DNA from: Flavobacteriales bacterium CG_4_9_14_3_um_filter_40_17
GTDB lineage: Bacteria; Bacteroidota; Bacteroidia; Flavobacteriales; Flavobacteriaceae
Reading direction: 5' to 3'
Assembly (NCBI GenBank): GCA_002790195.1
Contig: PFUR01000086.1
Location: 135 to 64,134, forward strand
DNA: 64,000 bases
In this document: positions 27,472 through 36,827 of the stretch, in pieces
Position numbering within the stretch: the stretch's first letter is position 1
Layout of the letters: every line of letters begins with the position of its first letter
Program-made: the position numbers and the translations under genes
Notes under the pieces: generated by a model
What the model saw: only the letters and a program-made list of their open reading frames with translations
What the model was told of the DNA's origin: nothing
The model's database searches: none

Positions 27472-28239
27472 CTAAAACCCTTCAAAAGCCCCCAATCCAA
27501 AAAGCGCGAAATCATATTTGACGGGGTCTGATGCATCCATTTTTCTCAGTATATTATCCAATTCGGCAACCGCTTTTGCGTCATTTTGTTTTCGGGTCAA
27601 GACACCTAATTTCCGTGCAACATTCCCGGAATGGACATCCAATGGACACGAAAGTTGGGCAGGCGAAAGGCTTTTCCAAATGCCAAAATCTACGCCCTTC
27701 CGGTCGTTTCTGACCATCCAACGCAAAAACATATTGATTCGTTTGGCCGCCGAACCCTTTAATGGGTCTGAAACGTGTTTTTCGGCTCGGTTTAATGCAA
27801 TATTTATTTCAAAAAAAACTTTTTTGAACTTGTGAATACTCGGCTGAAGTGATTCCACCTCCGCATTTTTCTGGAAAACGGTTTCCAAACCGCCGTGGTT
27901 TTGGTAAAGGTTTTGTAAGTTTTTGATAAAACATATAAAATCCTGTCCATTGAAGGTGCGATGAACAAATTTTTCTGCAAGTTTAAGATCTTTTTTTTGA
28001 TGGTTCATCACGAAATCGAAAGGAGCGTTTCCCATCAATTGCATCATTTTTTGTGCACTGTTGATAATGCTTTTCCTGTTTCCCCAAGCGATGGTGGCAG
28101 TCAAAAATGCAGCAATTTCGATGTCTTCCTTTTTATTATAAATATGAGGGATTTGAATAGGATCACTTGCTATAAAAGCAGGATTGTTGTAAAGGCCTGC
28201 CTTTTCGTCCAAAAATGATTTGCGTTCTTCAAAAGTCAT
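27472..28239 (-). CDS. TIGR02757/DUF2400-like conserved hypothetical protein
   Basis: 255 aa. I recognise the family from memory through SDPIQIPH, FLTATIAWGNRKSII, RFLRWMVR (here MFLRWMVRND) and PLDVHSGNVARKLG. The start codon lies one nt after the MoxR stop. Confidence 0.55.
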   Translation of the reverse strand: MTFEERKSFLDEKAGLYNNPAFIASDPIQIPHIYNKKEDIEIAAFLTATIAWGNRKSIINSAQKMMQLMGNAPFDFVMNHQKKDLKLAEKFVHRTFNGQDFICFIKNLQNLYQNHGGLETVFQKNAEVESLQPSIHKFKKVFFEINIALNRAEKHVSDPLKGSAAKRINMFLRWMVRNDRKGVDFGIWKSLSPAQLSCPLDVHSGNVARKLGVLTRKQNDAKAVAELDNILRKMDASDPVKYDFALFGLGAFEGF

Positions 28240-28240
28240 T

Positions 28241-29224
28241 TTATCTGGGTACTTCTACTGATTTTACAATCAAATCGATTACTTGCGCAGCGGTAAATCC
28301 TTCCATTTCGCGCTCGGGAGTCAGAACAATTCGATGTCGGAGTACAGGTATCAATGCTTTTTTGACATCTTCCGGAATCACAAAATCGCGTCCTTCTACG
28401 GCGGCAAAAACTTTTGATGTATTCATAATTGCCAAAGAAGCACGGGGCGAGGCTCCTAAATAGAGATAGGGATGATTGCGGGTTTTGGTGACCAATTCGG
28501 CAATGTATTTCAGGATGTTTTCTTCTATTCTGATTTCGTGTATCAAACATTTGAAAATGCTTAAATCTTTGGAATCTAAAACTTTGCCTATCAAATCTAA
28601 AGGTTTCTCGGCTTTTCGGAGATGATGCGTTTTCAGGATATCTACTTCATTGTCGAAACTGGGATAGACCACATTTATCTTGAATAAAAACCGATCTAAT
28701 TGTGCTTCGGGCAGCGCATAAGTTCCTTCGTGATCGATTGGGTTTTGGGTAGCTAAAACCATAAAAGGGTCTTCTAAAAAAACGGTTTGTCCATCGATGG
28801 TAACTTGTCGTTCTTCCATGATTTCGAACAAAGCGGATTGTGTTTTTGCAGGTGCGCGGTTGATTTCATCTATCAGAATGATGTTCGAAAAAACCGGCCC
28901 TTTTTTGAGTTCAAATTCATTGTTTTTCTGATTAAAAACAGCTGTCCCCAACACATCCGATGGCATCAAATCGGGGGTGAATTGGATGCGGTTAAATTCG
29001 GTATCCAATGTTTTGGCAAACAGTTTGGCCGTGATGGTTTTTGCAACGCCCGGTACACCTTCTATCAAAACGTGGCCGTTGGCAAGCAAAGCGGCAATCA
29101 GCAATTCGACCATTTCTTCCTGGCCAATGATAATTTTGGCTATTTCTTTTTTGATGTTGCCGACTTTTTCTTGAAGTACTGACAAATCGATGCGGTTATC
29201 AAAAGAATTTTCTTCCGGAGTCAT
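28241..29224 (-). CDS. MoxR-family AAA+ ATPase
   Basis: 327 aa. Walker A GVPGVAKT, Walker B ILIDEINRA, then ATQNPIDHEGTYALPEAQLDRF and GASPRASL, which is the classic MoxR signature. Confidence 0.95.
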   Translation of the reverse strand: MTPEENSFDNRIDLSVLQEKVGNIKKEIAKIIIGQEEMVELLIAALLANGHVLIEGVPGVAKTITAKLFAKTLDTEFNRIQFTPDLMPSDVLGTAVFNQKNNEFELKKGPVFSNIILIDEINRAPAKTQSALFEIMEERQVTIDGQTVFLEDPFMVLATQNPIDHEGTYALPEAQLDRFLFKINVVYPSFDNEVDILKTHHLRKAEKPLDLIGKVLDSKDLSIFKCLIHEIRIEENILKYIAELVTKTRNHPYLYLGASPRASLAIMNTSKVFAAVEGRDFVIPEDVKKALIPVLRHRIVLTPEREMEGFTAAQVIDLIVKSVEVPR

Positions 29225-30426
29225 AAAGTAGTGTTTTTTAGAGTATGGATGTATTGGTCAAGTGTTTTCAAGTCTTCTGAACGGATGTTTTCGTTTTTTT
29301 CTACTCGGAAAATCAAATCTATGAGTTTTTGAACTTTATCGATTGAAAAATTTGTTTTTTGTGAAAGGATTTCTGCAAATCCCTCCTGATGATATGCCAA
29401 GTCAATCAATAGCTTCACCCGGACATAATTTAAAAAATGCGCAATTTTAAGCTTGGCAATTTCGCTGTGGTTTTTTTCGGAGAAAAATTGATATGCGATG
29501 GTTCGAACAAAAGCAATGCTTTGATTTTTAGGTTTCTCAATCACCGGGATTGCCCGTTGTTTTCTTTTTCCTTGAAAAAGCACATAGGCCAAAACACCCA
29601 ATAACATTAAATAATAAGCCCAGCGCAACGAATTGTTTTCGAGCACGACATGCATGGGCGATTCATAATAAAGTTTTCCGTTTTTGTAATAGTTATCAAA
29701 AATGATTGGTTTCTCAAAATCGATATAGGAAAGTACACCGGCGGTATAGTCTTTATGGTTGTTTTTCAACAAAAATAAATTGGTAAAAGCCTCTGGGAAA
29801 GTCAATAAAAATATTTTTCCTTTTCCAAATGGCAGGCCTATAAAATTAGGCCTTTCGGTGTCGAAGTTGCTTTTTTCTTTGACAAAACTAGTGGTGCCCA
29901 AAACGACTGTAGTCGAATCTAACTTACTAAAATAATAATTGTCACGGCTTTTTTCTAAAGAATAATTTTCTATAGCATGTAGGTTTGAATTACGGAGATT
30001 GAACGTGTGCAGGTTGTCAAAATTTTTATTATCATTTACGATTTCAATATCCAAACCAAGTGTATCCAACAAAAAAGATTCAATTTTTTCAGAGGCGATA
30101 AACAAGTCGTTTCCCCGCGAAACAAAATCGAGTATTTTCCCACCTTCATCTTCTCCAAAATTGACATGCTCGTTGATGAAAAAGAAAGTCCCTTTAAGCG
30201 TACTGTCCATCAATAACTCAAACGGAGGGATTTGATTATCGATGAGTTTGCCATCGATTGTTTTTTGCTTCAAAATTTCGTGAAAAACGAAACTTCCATA
30301 GGGGATTTTGTCATAACCCGCGTAGGATGGAAACCAATTGATGGTTTTCTTTTTGGTCGATTCCAACAAGAGGACACCCGCCAAGGCAGTCAAAAAAATC
30401 AATATGTAGAATCGGTACGATTTCAT
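29221..30426 (-). CDS. DUF4350-like membrane protein (MoxR-operon partner)
   Basis: 401 aa with an N-terminal TM (FYILIFLTALAGVLLL) and a second TM near residue 270 (WAYYLMLLGVLAYVLF) followed by GKRKQRAIP. This architecture is what I recall for DUF4350. ATGA overlaps at both ends (29221-29224 and 30423-30426). Confidence 0.55.
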   Translation of the reverse strand: MKSYRFYILIFLTALAGVLLLESTKKKTINWFPSYAGYDKIPYGSFVFHEILKQKTIDGKLIDNQIPPFELLMDSTLKGTFFFINEHVNFGEDEGGKILDFVSRGNDLFIASEKIESFLLDTLGLDIEIVNDNKNFDNLHTFNLRNSNLHAIENYSLEKSRDNYYFSKLDSTTVVLGTTSFVKEKSNFDTERPNFIGLPFGKGKIFLLTFPEAFTNLFLLKNNHKDYTAGVLSYIDFEKPIIFDNYYKNGKLYYESPMHVVLENNSLRWAYYLMLLGVLAYVLFQGKRKQRAIPVIEKPKNQSIAFVRTIAYQFFSEKNHSEIAKLKIAHFLNYVRVKLLIDLAYHQEGFAEILSQKTNFSIDKVQKLIDLIFRVEKNENIRSEDLKTLDQYIHTLKNTTL

Positions 30427-31145
30427 TTTTTGGGATTCATGGTATTTTGAAATTTATCAAATGAAACTTGCAATTCGGAAAATTGGTCAGCTTCGACCGG
30501 AAAATTTCCAAACCAAACCCGGTTGTACCAGCGGGTGATGTTGATAAATTCAGGCCTGAGTTCGATAGTTTGAAGTTCACGCGTATAGTCCGTATTCGTT
30601 TTGTCCGGTTGCCAATCAATTTGATGTTGCTCAGCAAGTGATTTGATGCATTTTAGATAAGAAAACCGCAGGGCTTTCCGATAATCTTTGTTTTGGATGG
30701 CTTCGGCAACAAGCCCGTCCAAATCCGGATGATTGAGCAACGCTTCGTCTTCGGTATAAGCAAAGGCGTTAGGGTTTGACAAATCGGCGGTCAAAGGGCT
30801 TATTTTTCCTTTTATAATCAGCATCACAATCACTAAAAGCAATGCGATTGCTGCTACATAAGGCAAGATTTCAAAGATTCTGGCAAGGGTAGATTCGGAT
30901 ATCTTATTGCCAAAAATATATTTTAAAATGCGATAAAACCCTCTTTTAACCCATTCTTTGGACAATGTCAACCAATTTTCTGCAACTACTTCGGTATAAT
31001 TGAATTTAGGGTCATTTTGAAATTTTTCCAAATCTGATGTTTCAATTTTTTGAATAGCGACAGGGGCAGTTTCATCTGTACGCTGAGCCAATCCGATTGA
31101 AAAAAAGAATAGTAAAAACAGGGTTATGTGTGCACTTTTGAGCAT
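30423..31145 (-). CDS. DUF4129-like protein (signal/TM, central TM, C-terminal helical domain)
   Basis: 240 aa with an N-terminal hydrophobic segment and a central TM (LPYVAAIALLLVIVMLII). The C-terminal region (YRKALRFSYLKCIKSL..DKTNTDYTREL..ITRWYNRVWFG) resembles DUF4129. Confidence 0.55.
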   Translation of the reverse strand: MLKSAHITLFLLFFFSIGLAQRTDETAPVAIQKIETSDLEKFQNDPKFNYTEVVAENWLTLSKEWVKRGFYRILKYIFGNKISESTLARIFEILPYVAAIALLLVIVMLIIKGKISPLTADLSNPNAFAYTEDEALLNHPDLDGLVAEAIQNKDYRKALRFSYLKCIKSLAEQHQIDWQPDKTNTDYTRELQTIELRPEFINITRWYNRVWFGNFPVEADQFSELQVSFDKFQNTMNPKK

Positions 31146-31148
31146 AGA

Positions 31149-32000
31149 TTAATTTCCGATGTTTTCGATGATTTCGCTGATGCCTTTTCCGGTCTTTTTT
31201 TCGCTGATGCTAAAGTAGAGAAATGCGGTAGCTACCATGCTGATAAGATTGATGAAAAATTGCAAGGCGTAGGAAAGTACATTCAAGGCCAAATAAATAT
31301 AATCAGTTCCCATGCTATCTATAGCTGCAGGATTAAAACCATCCGATGAAACAAACGTTTTTAGTAACATATAAATAGCTGAAGGAATACTGAATACCGA
31401 ACCGGCTACACCCAGCAAAATTCCGATGACCAATAGAAACAGGAACGAATTCCACCATTCGTCTTTGATGAGTTTGAGCGAGGCTTCCACACTTTCAATC
31501 ACGCCTTTGTTTTCAAAAACCAAAATAGAAAAAACCAAACTCAACGGAATTGTCAGATAGATGCCGGGAATGATGCAAAAAATAAACCCGAAAAGAATGA
31601 TAAATATAGAAACGATCCCCAATCCCAAAAAGCTAAAAAAGTTCTGAAAAGTTTTTTGTTGTATTTCTTTCGGGTCAACTAAGCCGTTGTTGGCAACATA
31701 CGATTCGATGTAGTATAAAGTTGTGGCATGTGCCAACAGATAAGCCGAGCCGCCAAAAAGAACAATCAACGTGATGCTGACGATTAACTGAACCGGATTG
31801 GACGTATCTACATTAATTAAATTGCTTGATAAGGTTGATAATGAGTTTAAATAGCCGACGAGCCCAATCAACATCAAAGCAAGAAACGGGCTTGTAATCC
31901 TGATGATTAGCCTCAAAAATGGTTTGTATTCTTGTCTGATAAATTGGAAAGTAGCTGTAATCAATTGCTCGAAATTCCGCTCTTTTCTAAAGTTGATCAT
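31149..32000 (-). CDS. Multi-pass integral membrane protein, function unknown
   Basis: 283 aa with at least 5 hydrophobic helices. It sits inside the coupled operon and its start overlaps the upstream gene's 3' end by 14 nt. Confidence 0.6.
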   Translation of the reverse strand: MINFRKERNFEQLITATFQFIRQEYKPFLRLIIRITSPFLALMLIGLVGYLNSLSTLSSNLINVDTSNPVQLIVSITLIVLFGGSAYLLAHATTLYYIESYVANNGLVDPKEIQQKTFQNFFSFLGLGIVSIFIILFGFIFCIIPGIYLTIPLSLVFSILVFENKGVIESVEASLKLIKDEWWNSFLFLLVIGILLGVAGSVFSIPSAIYMLLKTFVSSDGFNPAAIDSMGTDYIYLALNVLSYALQFFINLISMVATAFLYFSISEKKTGKGISEIIENIGN

Positions 32001-32967
32001 TTTTATTGAAAGTTAAGTTAGATTGATAAACAAATTTGGGATAAAAAACGTAATAAAACAATATAAGTACCATCGATGCCAAGATGATGATAACCGCCAA
32101 CCAATCCGGCATTTCGGTGTGCCGGGTTACGAACCCTTCCAAGAATCCGGCGATGATGAAAAACGGCACGGTACTCACTACTATTTTCAATCCGGATTTT
32201 ACGCCTTGGATGAAAGCTTCCAAACGCGAAAAAGTCCCCGGAAAAAGAATGCTGCTGCCCATGACTAAGCCCGCGGCTGCGGCGATGATGATGACTGAAA
32301 TTTCGATGGTGCCGTGTATCCAAATCGTGCGTGCCGATTCCCAAAGCAGGCCTTTCTCATAAAAAAAATACTGAAAGCTTCCGAGCATCACAGCATTTTG
32401 CATCAACATAAAAAGCGAACCGACACCCAATAAAAATCCGTATATAAATGCATAAAATGCAACCTTGACATTGTTGATGGTAATGCCCATAAACATATCC
32501 ATTTCGTTGGCTTGTTTATAAACCGCCATGGGATCGTTGTTTTCAATATTGTCAAGTGTCATGTTGACGTAGGCATCCCCCATGATTGATCGGACGAAAT
32601 CGTTCCTTTCCGAAGAAGAAAACGCACCCGCTACACTAAAAAGCACAAAAACCAAAAATGAAATAAGCAAAGCCTTTCGATGTTTGTAAATTTCCAAAGG
32701 AAAATCAGTTTTCCAATACTGGACAAATCGGTTTTTGTCAATTTTCTTGGTCTTGTAAAGCTTCTGATGCGCTTTGGAAGCCAGTAGGTTCATATAGCGT
32801 GTGGTGTCAGAATTTGGGTAAAAGGTTTGCGCAAAACTCAGGTGATCAGTTATTTCGACATACAAATCACTAAGTGCAACCGGAGAAAGTTGAATTTTGT
32901 TTGACAAGGCATTTTCAAATTCCAACCATTTACCTTTATTTTGCTTCACGAACAATGCCTCGCGCAT
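31987..32967 (-). CDS. Stage II sporulation protein M-like (DUF95) membrane protein
   Basis: Probable start MREALFVKQNKGKWLEFE (ATG at 32967; the track's 32991 start is a TTG). N-terminal soluble segment, then six TM helices including WIHGTIEISVIIIAAAAG, typical of the SpoIIM/DUF95 family. Confidence 0.6.
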   Translation of the reverse strand: MREALFVKQNKGKWLEFENALSNKIQLSPVALSDLYVEITDHLSFAQTFYPNSDTTRYMNLLASKAHQKLYKTKKIDKNRFVQYWKTDFPLEIYKHRKALLISFLVFVLFSVAGAFSSSERNDFVRSIMGDAYVNMTLDNIENNDPMAVYKQANEMDMFMGITINNVKVAFYAFIYGFLLGVGSLFMLMQNAVMLGSFQYFFYEKGLLWESARTIWIHGTIEISVIIIAAAAGLVMGSSILFPGTFSRLEAFIQGVKSGLKIVVSTVPFFIIAGFLEGFVTRHTEMPDWLAVIIILASMVLILFYYVFYPKFVYQSNLTFNKNDQL

Positions 32968-32994
32968 TTCTTTTTTCTTCAAAGAAAACAAAAT

Positions 32995-33720
32995 ATGGAT
33001 TCATTTCAAATAGAGACTGCACAAAATATCAGAATTTCTCAACAAGTTGCTGGTATAAGCGATCGAATTTTGGCTTATTTGATAGATGCCTGTATTTTAG
33101 TGTTTTATTACATTTTTGTAATTGTGTTTATTATCTCTAATATCGGTTGGGATTCGGGCATCAGCCAATTGGAAATCTTAGCCCTTACACTTCCAGTCAT
33201 GTTTTATACGTTGGCCTTTGAGTTCTTTTCAAGTGGCAGGACGGTCGGAAAAATGGCATTGAACATTCGAGTGGTCAAGATAGACGGTACACGTCCAAGA
33301 TTTTCAGACTATCTGATCAGATGGCTTTTCCGTCTGGTCGATATTTATTTGAGCAGTGGCGGTCTAGCTGTTATCACGATTTTACTCAATGGGAAAGGAC
33401 AGCGTTTTGGCGATATAGCCACAAAAACGACTGTTATCAAAGAAGTAAAAATAAGTTCAGAAGTCATTCACCGATTGGATGCCTCCGAAACCAATGACAC
33501 CTATCAACCTGTTTTTTCGGAAGTTGTGTTGCTAAAAGATACGGATGTACAAACCATACGGAATATTTATTGGGATGCCAAACGCAATGCCAATCACAGG
33601 GTTATCTTAAAACTCAATGACCGCTTGTTGGAGCTTTTGCACATTAAAACCGACCTCAATCCGATGGCTTTTATCGAAACGGTTTTAAAAGATTACCAAC
33701 ATTTTTCGCAGAGAGGATGA
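32995..33720 (+). CDS. RDD-family membrane protein
   Basis: Start MDSFQIE (ATG at 32995). N-terminal RDD-like region (AGISDRILAYLIDACILVFYY .. GRTVGKMALNIRVV .. LIRWLFRLVD) with three TM helices. A C-terminal soluble extension follows. Confidence 0.7.
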   Translation: MDSFQIETAQNIRISQQVAGISDRILAYLIDACILVFYYIFVIVFIISNIGWDSGISQLEILALTLPVMFYTLAFEFFSSGRTVGKMALNIRVVKIDGTRPRFSDYLIRWLFRLVDIYLSSGGLAVITILLNGKGQRFGDIATKTTVIKEVKISSEVIHRLDASETNDTYQPVFSEVVLLKDTDVQTIRNIYWDAKRNANHRVILKLNDRLLELLHIKTDLNPMAFIETVLKDYQHFSQRG

Positions 33721-33796
33721 TGAATTATCAATTACGGGATATGATAACAAATTCCAAATTCCATAACTATAGCTAAAGAATAAAGACTAACAGCAA

Positions 33797-34558
33797 TTAT
33801 AACTCCCTTACCCAAATATTCCGATAGCTTACTGTGGCGTTGTGGTCTTGCAGTTTGATGGGGGCTTTTCCATGGGCAATGTTTTTTGGCCAACCGATGT
33901 ATTCGGTAGTGCCCAACAATTCAAAATGATCTTGCACCAGTACGCCGTTGTGTAAAACGGTCACAGTCCCGGCTTTCTCGCGCTGCCCGGCGGCATTGAA
34001 CACGGGTGCGTGAAAAATGATGTCATAAGTATTCCATTTGCCGGTTTCTACGGAAGCAAACGCCAAAGGAACCGATTGTTTGTAAATTGACCCGACTTGA
34101 CCGTTCACATAAGTCGAATTGTTGTTGTTGTCCAACACCTGTACCTCATGTCTGTTTTGCAAAAACACACCGCTGTTGCCACGGTGTTGTCCTTCGTGCT
34201 CGATTTTTTCGGGCGATTTCCACTCGATGTGCAATTGTACACTGCCGAAATTCCGTTTGGTTTGAATATCCCCGGTTCCGGGCAAAACCGTAAAACTTCC
34301 TTCTTTGTTGAGTGTCCACTTCACGGCAGTTGAGTCTTTTGAACTAATCCATTCGTTGAAATTTTTTCCGTCAAACAAAACAATTGCATCACTGGGAGCA
34401 CTGTTGTTTGCCCCAGGAATCACTCGGGGTACTTTGGGTTCATAAAACTCCGTTTGTTCGGGCTTGGTGGGCTCTTGTTGAATCGGGATTTCAGATTTTT
34501 GTGCAAAAGAAGAAACAGTCAAAAGGACAAACAGTATGGTGAAAGTTAAGTTTTTCAT
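33797..34558 (-). CDS. DUF1080 (3-keto-disaccharide hydrolase-like) secreted protein
   Basis: Signal peptide MKNLTFTILFVLLTVSSFAQ. WKSPEK..GNSGVFLQNRHEVQVLD and the C-terminal LQDHNATVSYRNIWVREL are characteristic of DUF1080. Confidence 0.8.
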   Translation of the reverse strand: MKNLTFTILFVLLTVSSFAQKSEIPIQQEPTKPEQTEFYEPKVPRVIPGANNSAPSDAIVLFDGKNFNEWISSKDSTAVKWTLNKEGSFTVLPGTGDIQTKRNFGSVQLHIEWKSPEKIEHEGQHRGNSGVFLQNRHEVQVLDNNNNSTYVNGQVGSIYKQSVPLAFASVETGKWNTYDIIFHAPVFNAAGQREKAGTVTVLHNGVLVQDHFELLGTTEYIGWPKNIAHGKAPIKLQDHNATVSYRNIWVREL

Positions 34559-34687
34559 AGTGTTTTGGCTAAGAGGTTAATATGTTGGTTTGTCTTCCAA
34601 AAGTATTAGTTATATTAGAAAACAGCCTTTAAATTATTCTTAATAAAAGACCATCTTTTTAAATTGATATCAATCGGGATGAAAAGA

Positions 34688-35578
34688 CTAAAAAGTTAAC
34701 TGTAAAGCCAGACCTTTCACATCTTCCTGATAGATTGGCAAGAAAGAATAACCGCTGCCGTCCGGATTTGTTTTGTGCAAATAGGGAATGAGCAAACCTA
34801 TGGAAGCTCCCATGGCATATCCGGCTATCACATCCGAATAAAAGTGTTTGCCGCTTTCTACCCGAAGATAAGCTTGAGCAGCAGGCAACCCGGCACCTAA
34901 CGACCAAACGCCAATTTTAGACCAAGTGCTCATCTCCGGATGAAAATCGGTCATCACTTTAGCAAAAAAGAAGGAAAAAGCGGCCGTCTGCGATACATGA
35001 GCGGAATAAAAAGAATAACGGTTGTCTTGTTTTGACCGCTTGTCAAAGGAAAGATTGGTGTTGTAAGTGAGAGGCCTGAAACGGTTGAAGGCGTATTTTG
35101 TACCAAATGAGAGTGCGTTGTTTCCCAAAAATATTTGACCACCCATCACCGCCAGCGTTTTGTATTCTTTTCGAGTTTTCTTGTCTAAATAAAATGCGGC
35201 AACGGGCAGTGCGGAAGTGGCAGCGAGCAGGATATCACTGACATCTGCGGCAGATTGGGAATAATTAAATACCACACCCCGGTCGAGGCCGTTGATGTCG
35301 TTTCGATTTAAATTGGCAAGTTGTCCGGAATCGATTTTACCTTTGTCATGGGTTGTTTTTAAAATAATCCCACTGACAACCAAGCCGAGCCCGGCTCCTA
35401 AAATATAGGTTTCTTTTTTCTTGCTGAGATGATAAATTTTTTGCTGGCTCTGAGCCATTGTGCTTGTTTGGCAACAAACACGCTCAGGCTGATATCCGTT
35501 GTTCAAAACAAAATCTTGTCCATTAGCATGTTCTGCAAAAAAAGATAAAACAAGGTATAATACGAAAAATTTATGCAT
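34688..35578 (-). CDS. PAP2-superfamily phosphatase (membrane/secreted)
   Basis: Start MHKFFVLYLVLSFFAEHANGQ. PAP2 motifs: KYAFNRFRP, SFYSAHV, and ESGKHFYSDVIAG (the SxH ... R/HxxxD arrangement). Confidence 0.75.
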   Translation of the reverse strand: MHKFFVLYLVLSFFAEHANGQDFVLNNGYQPERVCCQTSTMAQSQQKIYHLSKKKETYILGAGLGLVVSGIILKTTHDKGKIDSGQLANLNRNDINGLDRGVVFNYSQSAADVSDILLAATSALPVAAFYLDKKTRKEYKTLAVMGGQIFLGNNALSFGTKYAFNRFRPLTYNTNLSFDKRSKQDNRYSFYSAHVSQTAAFSFFFAKVMTDFHPEMSTWSKIGVWSLGAGLPAAQAYLRVESGKHFYSDVIAGYAMGASIGLLIPYLHKTNPDGSGYSFLPIYQEDVKGLALQLTF

Positions 35579-35800
35579 AATTTGAGAAGATTTTTTTAAA
35601 AATCGAGGTAAGATTTCAAGATTCAAATTAAGTACATATTTTTATAGCATTCCGTATTCTTTTGTTTTGATTTGATTAAAATTTACCTGTTGCAAAACCA
35701 AAGTTTTAATCTACCAAAAGGGGAAACCAACCATATATTTAAATTTAGTAAATTGCCGATGATTTTAAATAACATCCCATAAACTACTCAACTTCAATTT

Positions 35801-36823
35801 ATGAAAAAGATATGCTTGATTTTCGGTTTTTTAATTTCCGCCTTTTGTTCTGCTCAAACCACAGGAACGCTGATCGTTCTCAACAAATCGGATGATACGG
35901 TCAATTTTATAGACCTCAAATCAGATAGCATTGTCGCTACACTTACCACCGATAAAAACCCACACGAAGTAGCCGTTTCTTTAGATGGAAAGACGGCTGT
36001 TGTAACTAATTACGGCAATCCAAAAGAAAGAGGTAATTCGCTTACTGTCATTGATATACCTAAGCGAAAAGTTGTTAAAACCATTAAACTCGATTATTTT
36101 GCCCCCCACGGAATTGACCTGATTTCAAATGAAGATGTTTTGGTTACTTCTGAAATGAGTAAAAAAGTATTGGTCGTCAACATTCCCTTGGGATACGTTA
36201 CACAGGAAGTGGGGACAGGCCAAGAAATCAGCCACATGGTTGTCTATGCCGGAGTATCGAACAAAGCCTTTGTAGCCAACATCGGTTCAGGTAGTGTTTC
36301 GGTAATTGACTTAAACAACTATCGTTTAGAAAAAATAATTCCAACCGGAAGTGGGGCAGAAGGGATAGCCGTCTCGCCCGACAATCAGTCCGTTTGGGTT
36401 ACCAACAGAGCCGCCGACTTCGTTTCGGTGATTGATGCCGAATCTTTTGAAATAGTGAATTTAATTGAATCGCCAAAATTTCCCATCCGCGTCAAATTCA
36501 CGCATCAAACCAATCTGGCTTTGGTCTCCAATGCACAAACAGGAACAGTCAACGTCTTCAATGCGCACTCCGGCGAACTACTGCACACCATCAGTATGGA
36601 AGCAACTGCCTCAGAAAAAGAACCCGGCAGGTTGTTTCAACAATTTGATGACAGCCCGGTTCCGGTAGGTATCTTGATTCATCCCAACGATAAATTCGCC
36701 TATGTAGCCAACACCAACGCGGATATCATCACAGTCATCAATTTAGAAACTTTTGTGGTAGAAAAACGACTTAAGGCAGGAAGAGAACCTGACGGCCTTG
36801 GTTTTACACACTTTACATTTTAG
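35801..36823 (+). CDS. YVTN/YncE-like beta-propeller repeat protein, secreted
   Basis: Signal peptide MKKICLIFGFLISAFCSAQ. ~40-residue units recur (VNFIDLKSD..NPHEVAVSLDGKTAVVTN; VSVIDLNNY..GAEGIAVSPDNQSVWVTN; VSVIDAESF; ITVINLETF..EPDGLGF). Confidence 0.75.
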   Translation: MKKICLIFGFLISAFCSAQTTGTLIVLNKSDDTVNFIDLKSDSIVATLTTDKNPHEVAVSLDGKTAVVTNYGNPKERGNSLTVIDIPKRKVVKTIKLDYFAPHGIDLISNEDVLVTSEMSKKVLVVNIPLGYVTQEVGTGQEISHMVVYAGVSNKAFVANIGSGSVSVIDLNNYRLEKIIPTGSGAEGIAVSPDNQSVWVTNRAADFVSVIDAESFEIVNLIESPKFPIRVKFTHQTNLALVSNAQTGTVNVFNAHSGELLHTISMEATASEKEPGRLFQQFDDSPVPVGILIHPNDKFAYVANTNADIITVINLETFVVEKRLKAGREPDGLGFTHFTF

Positions 36824-36827
36824 CAGG

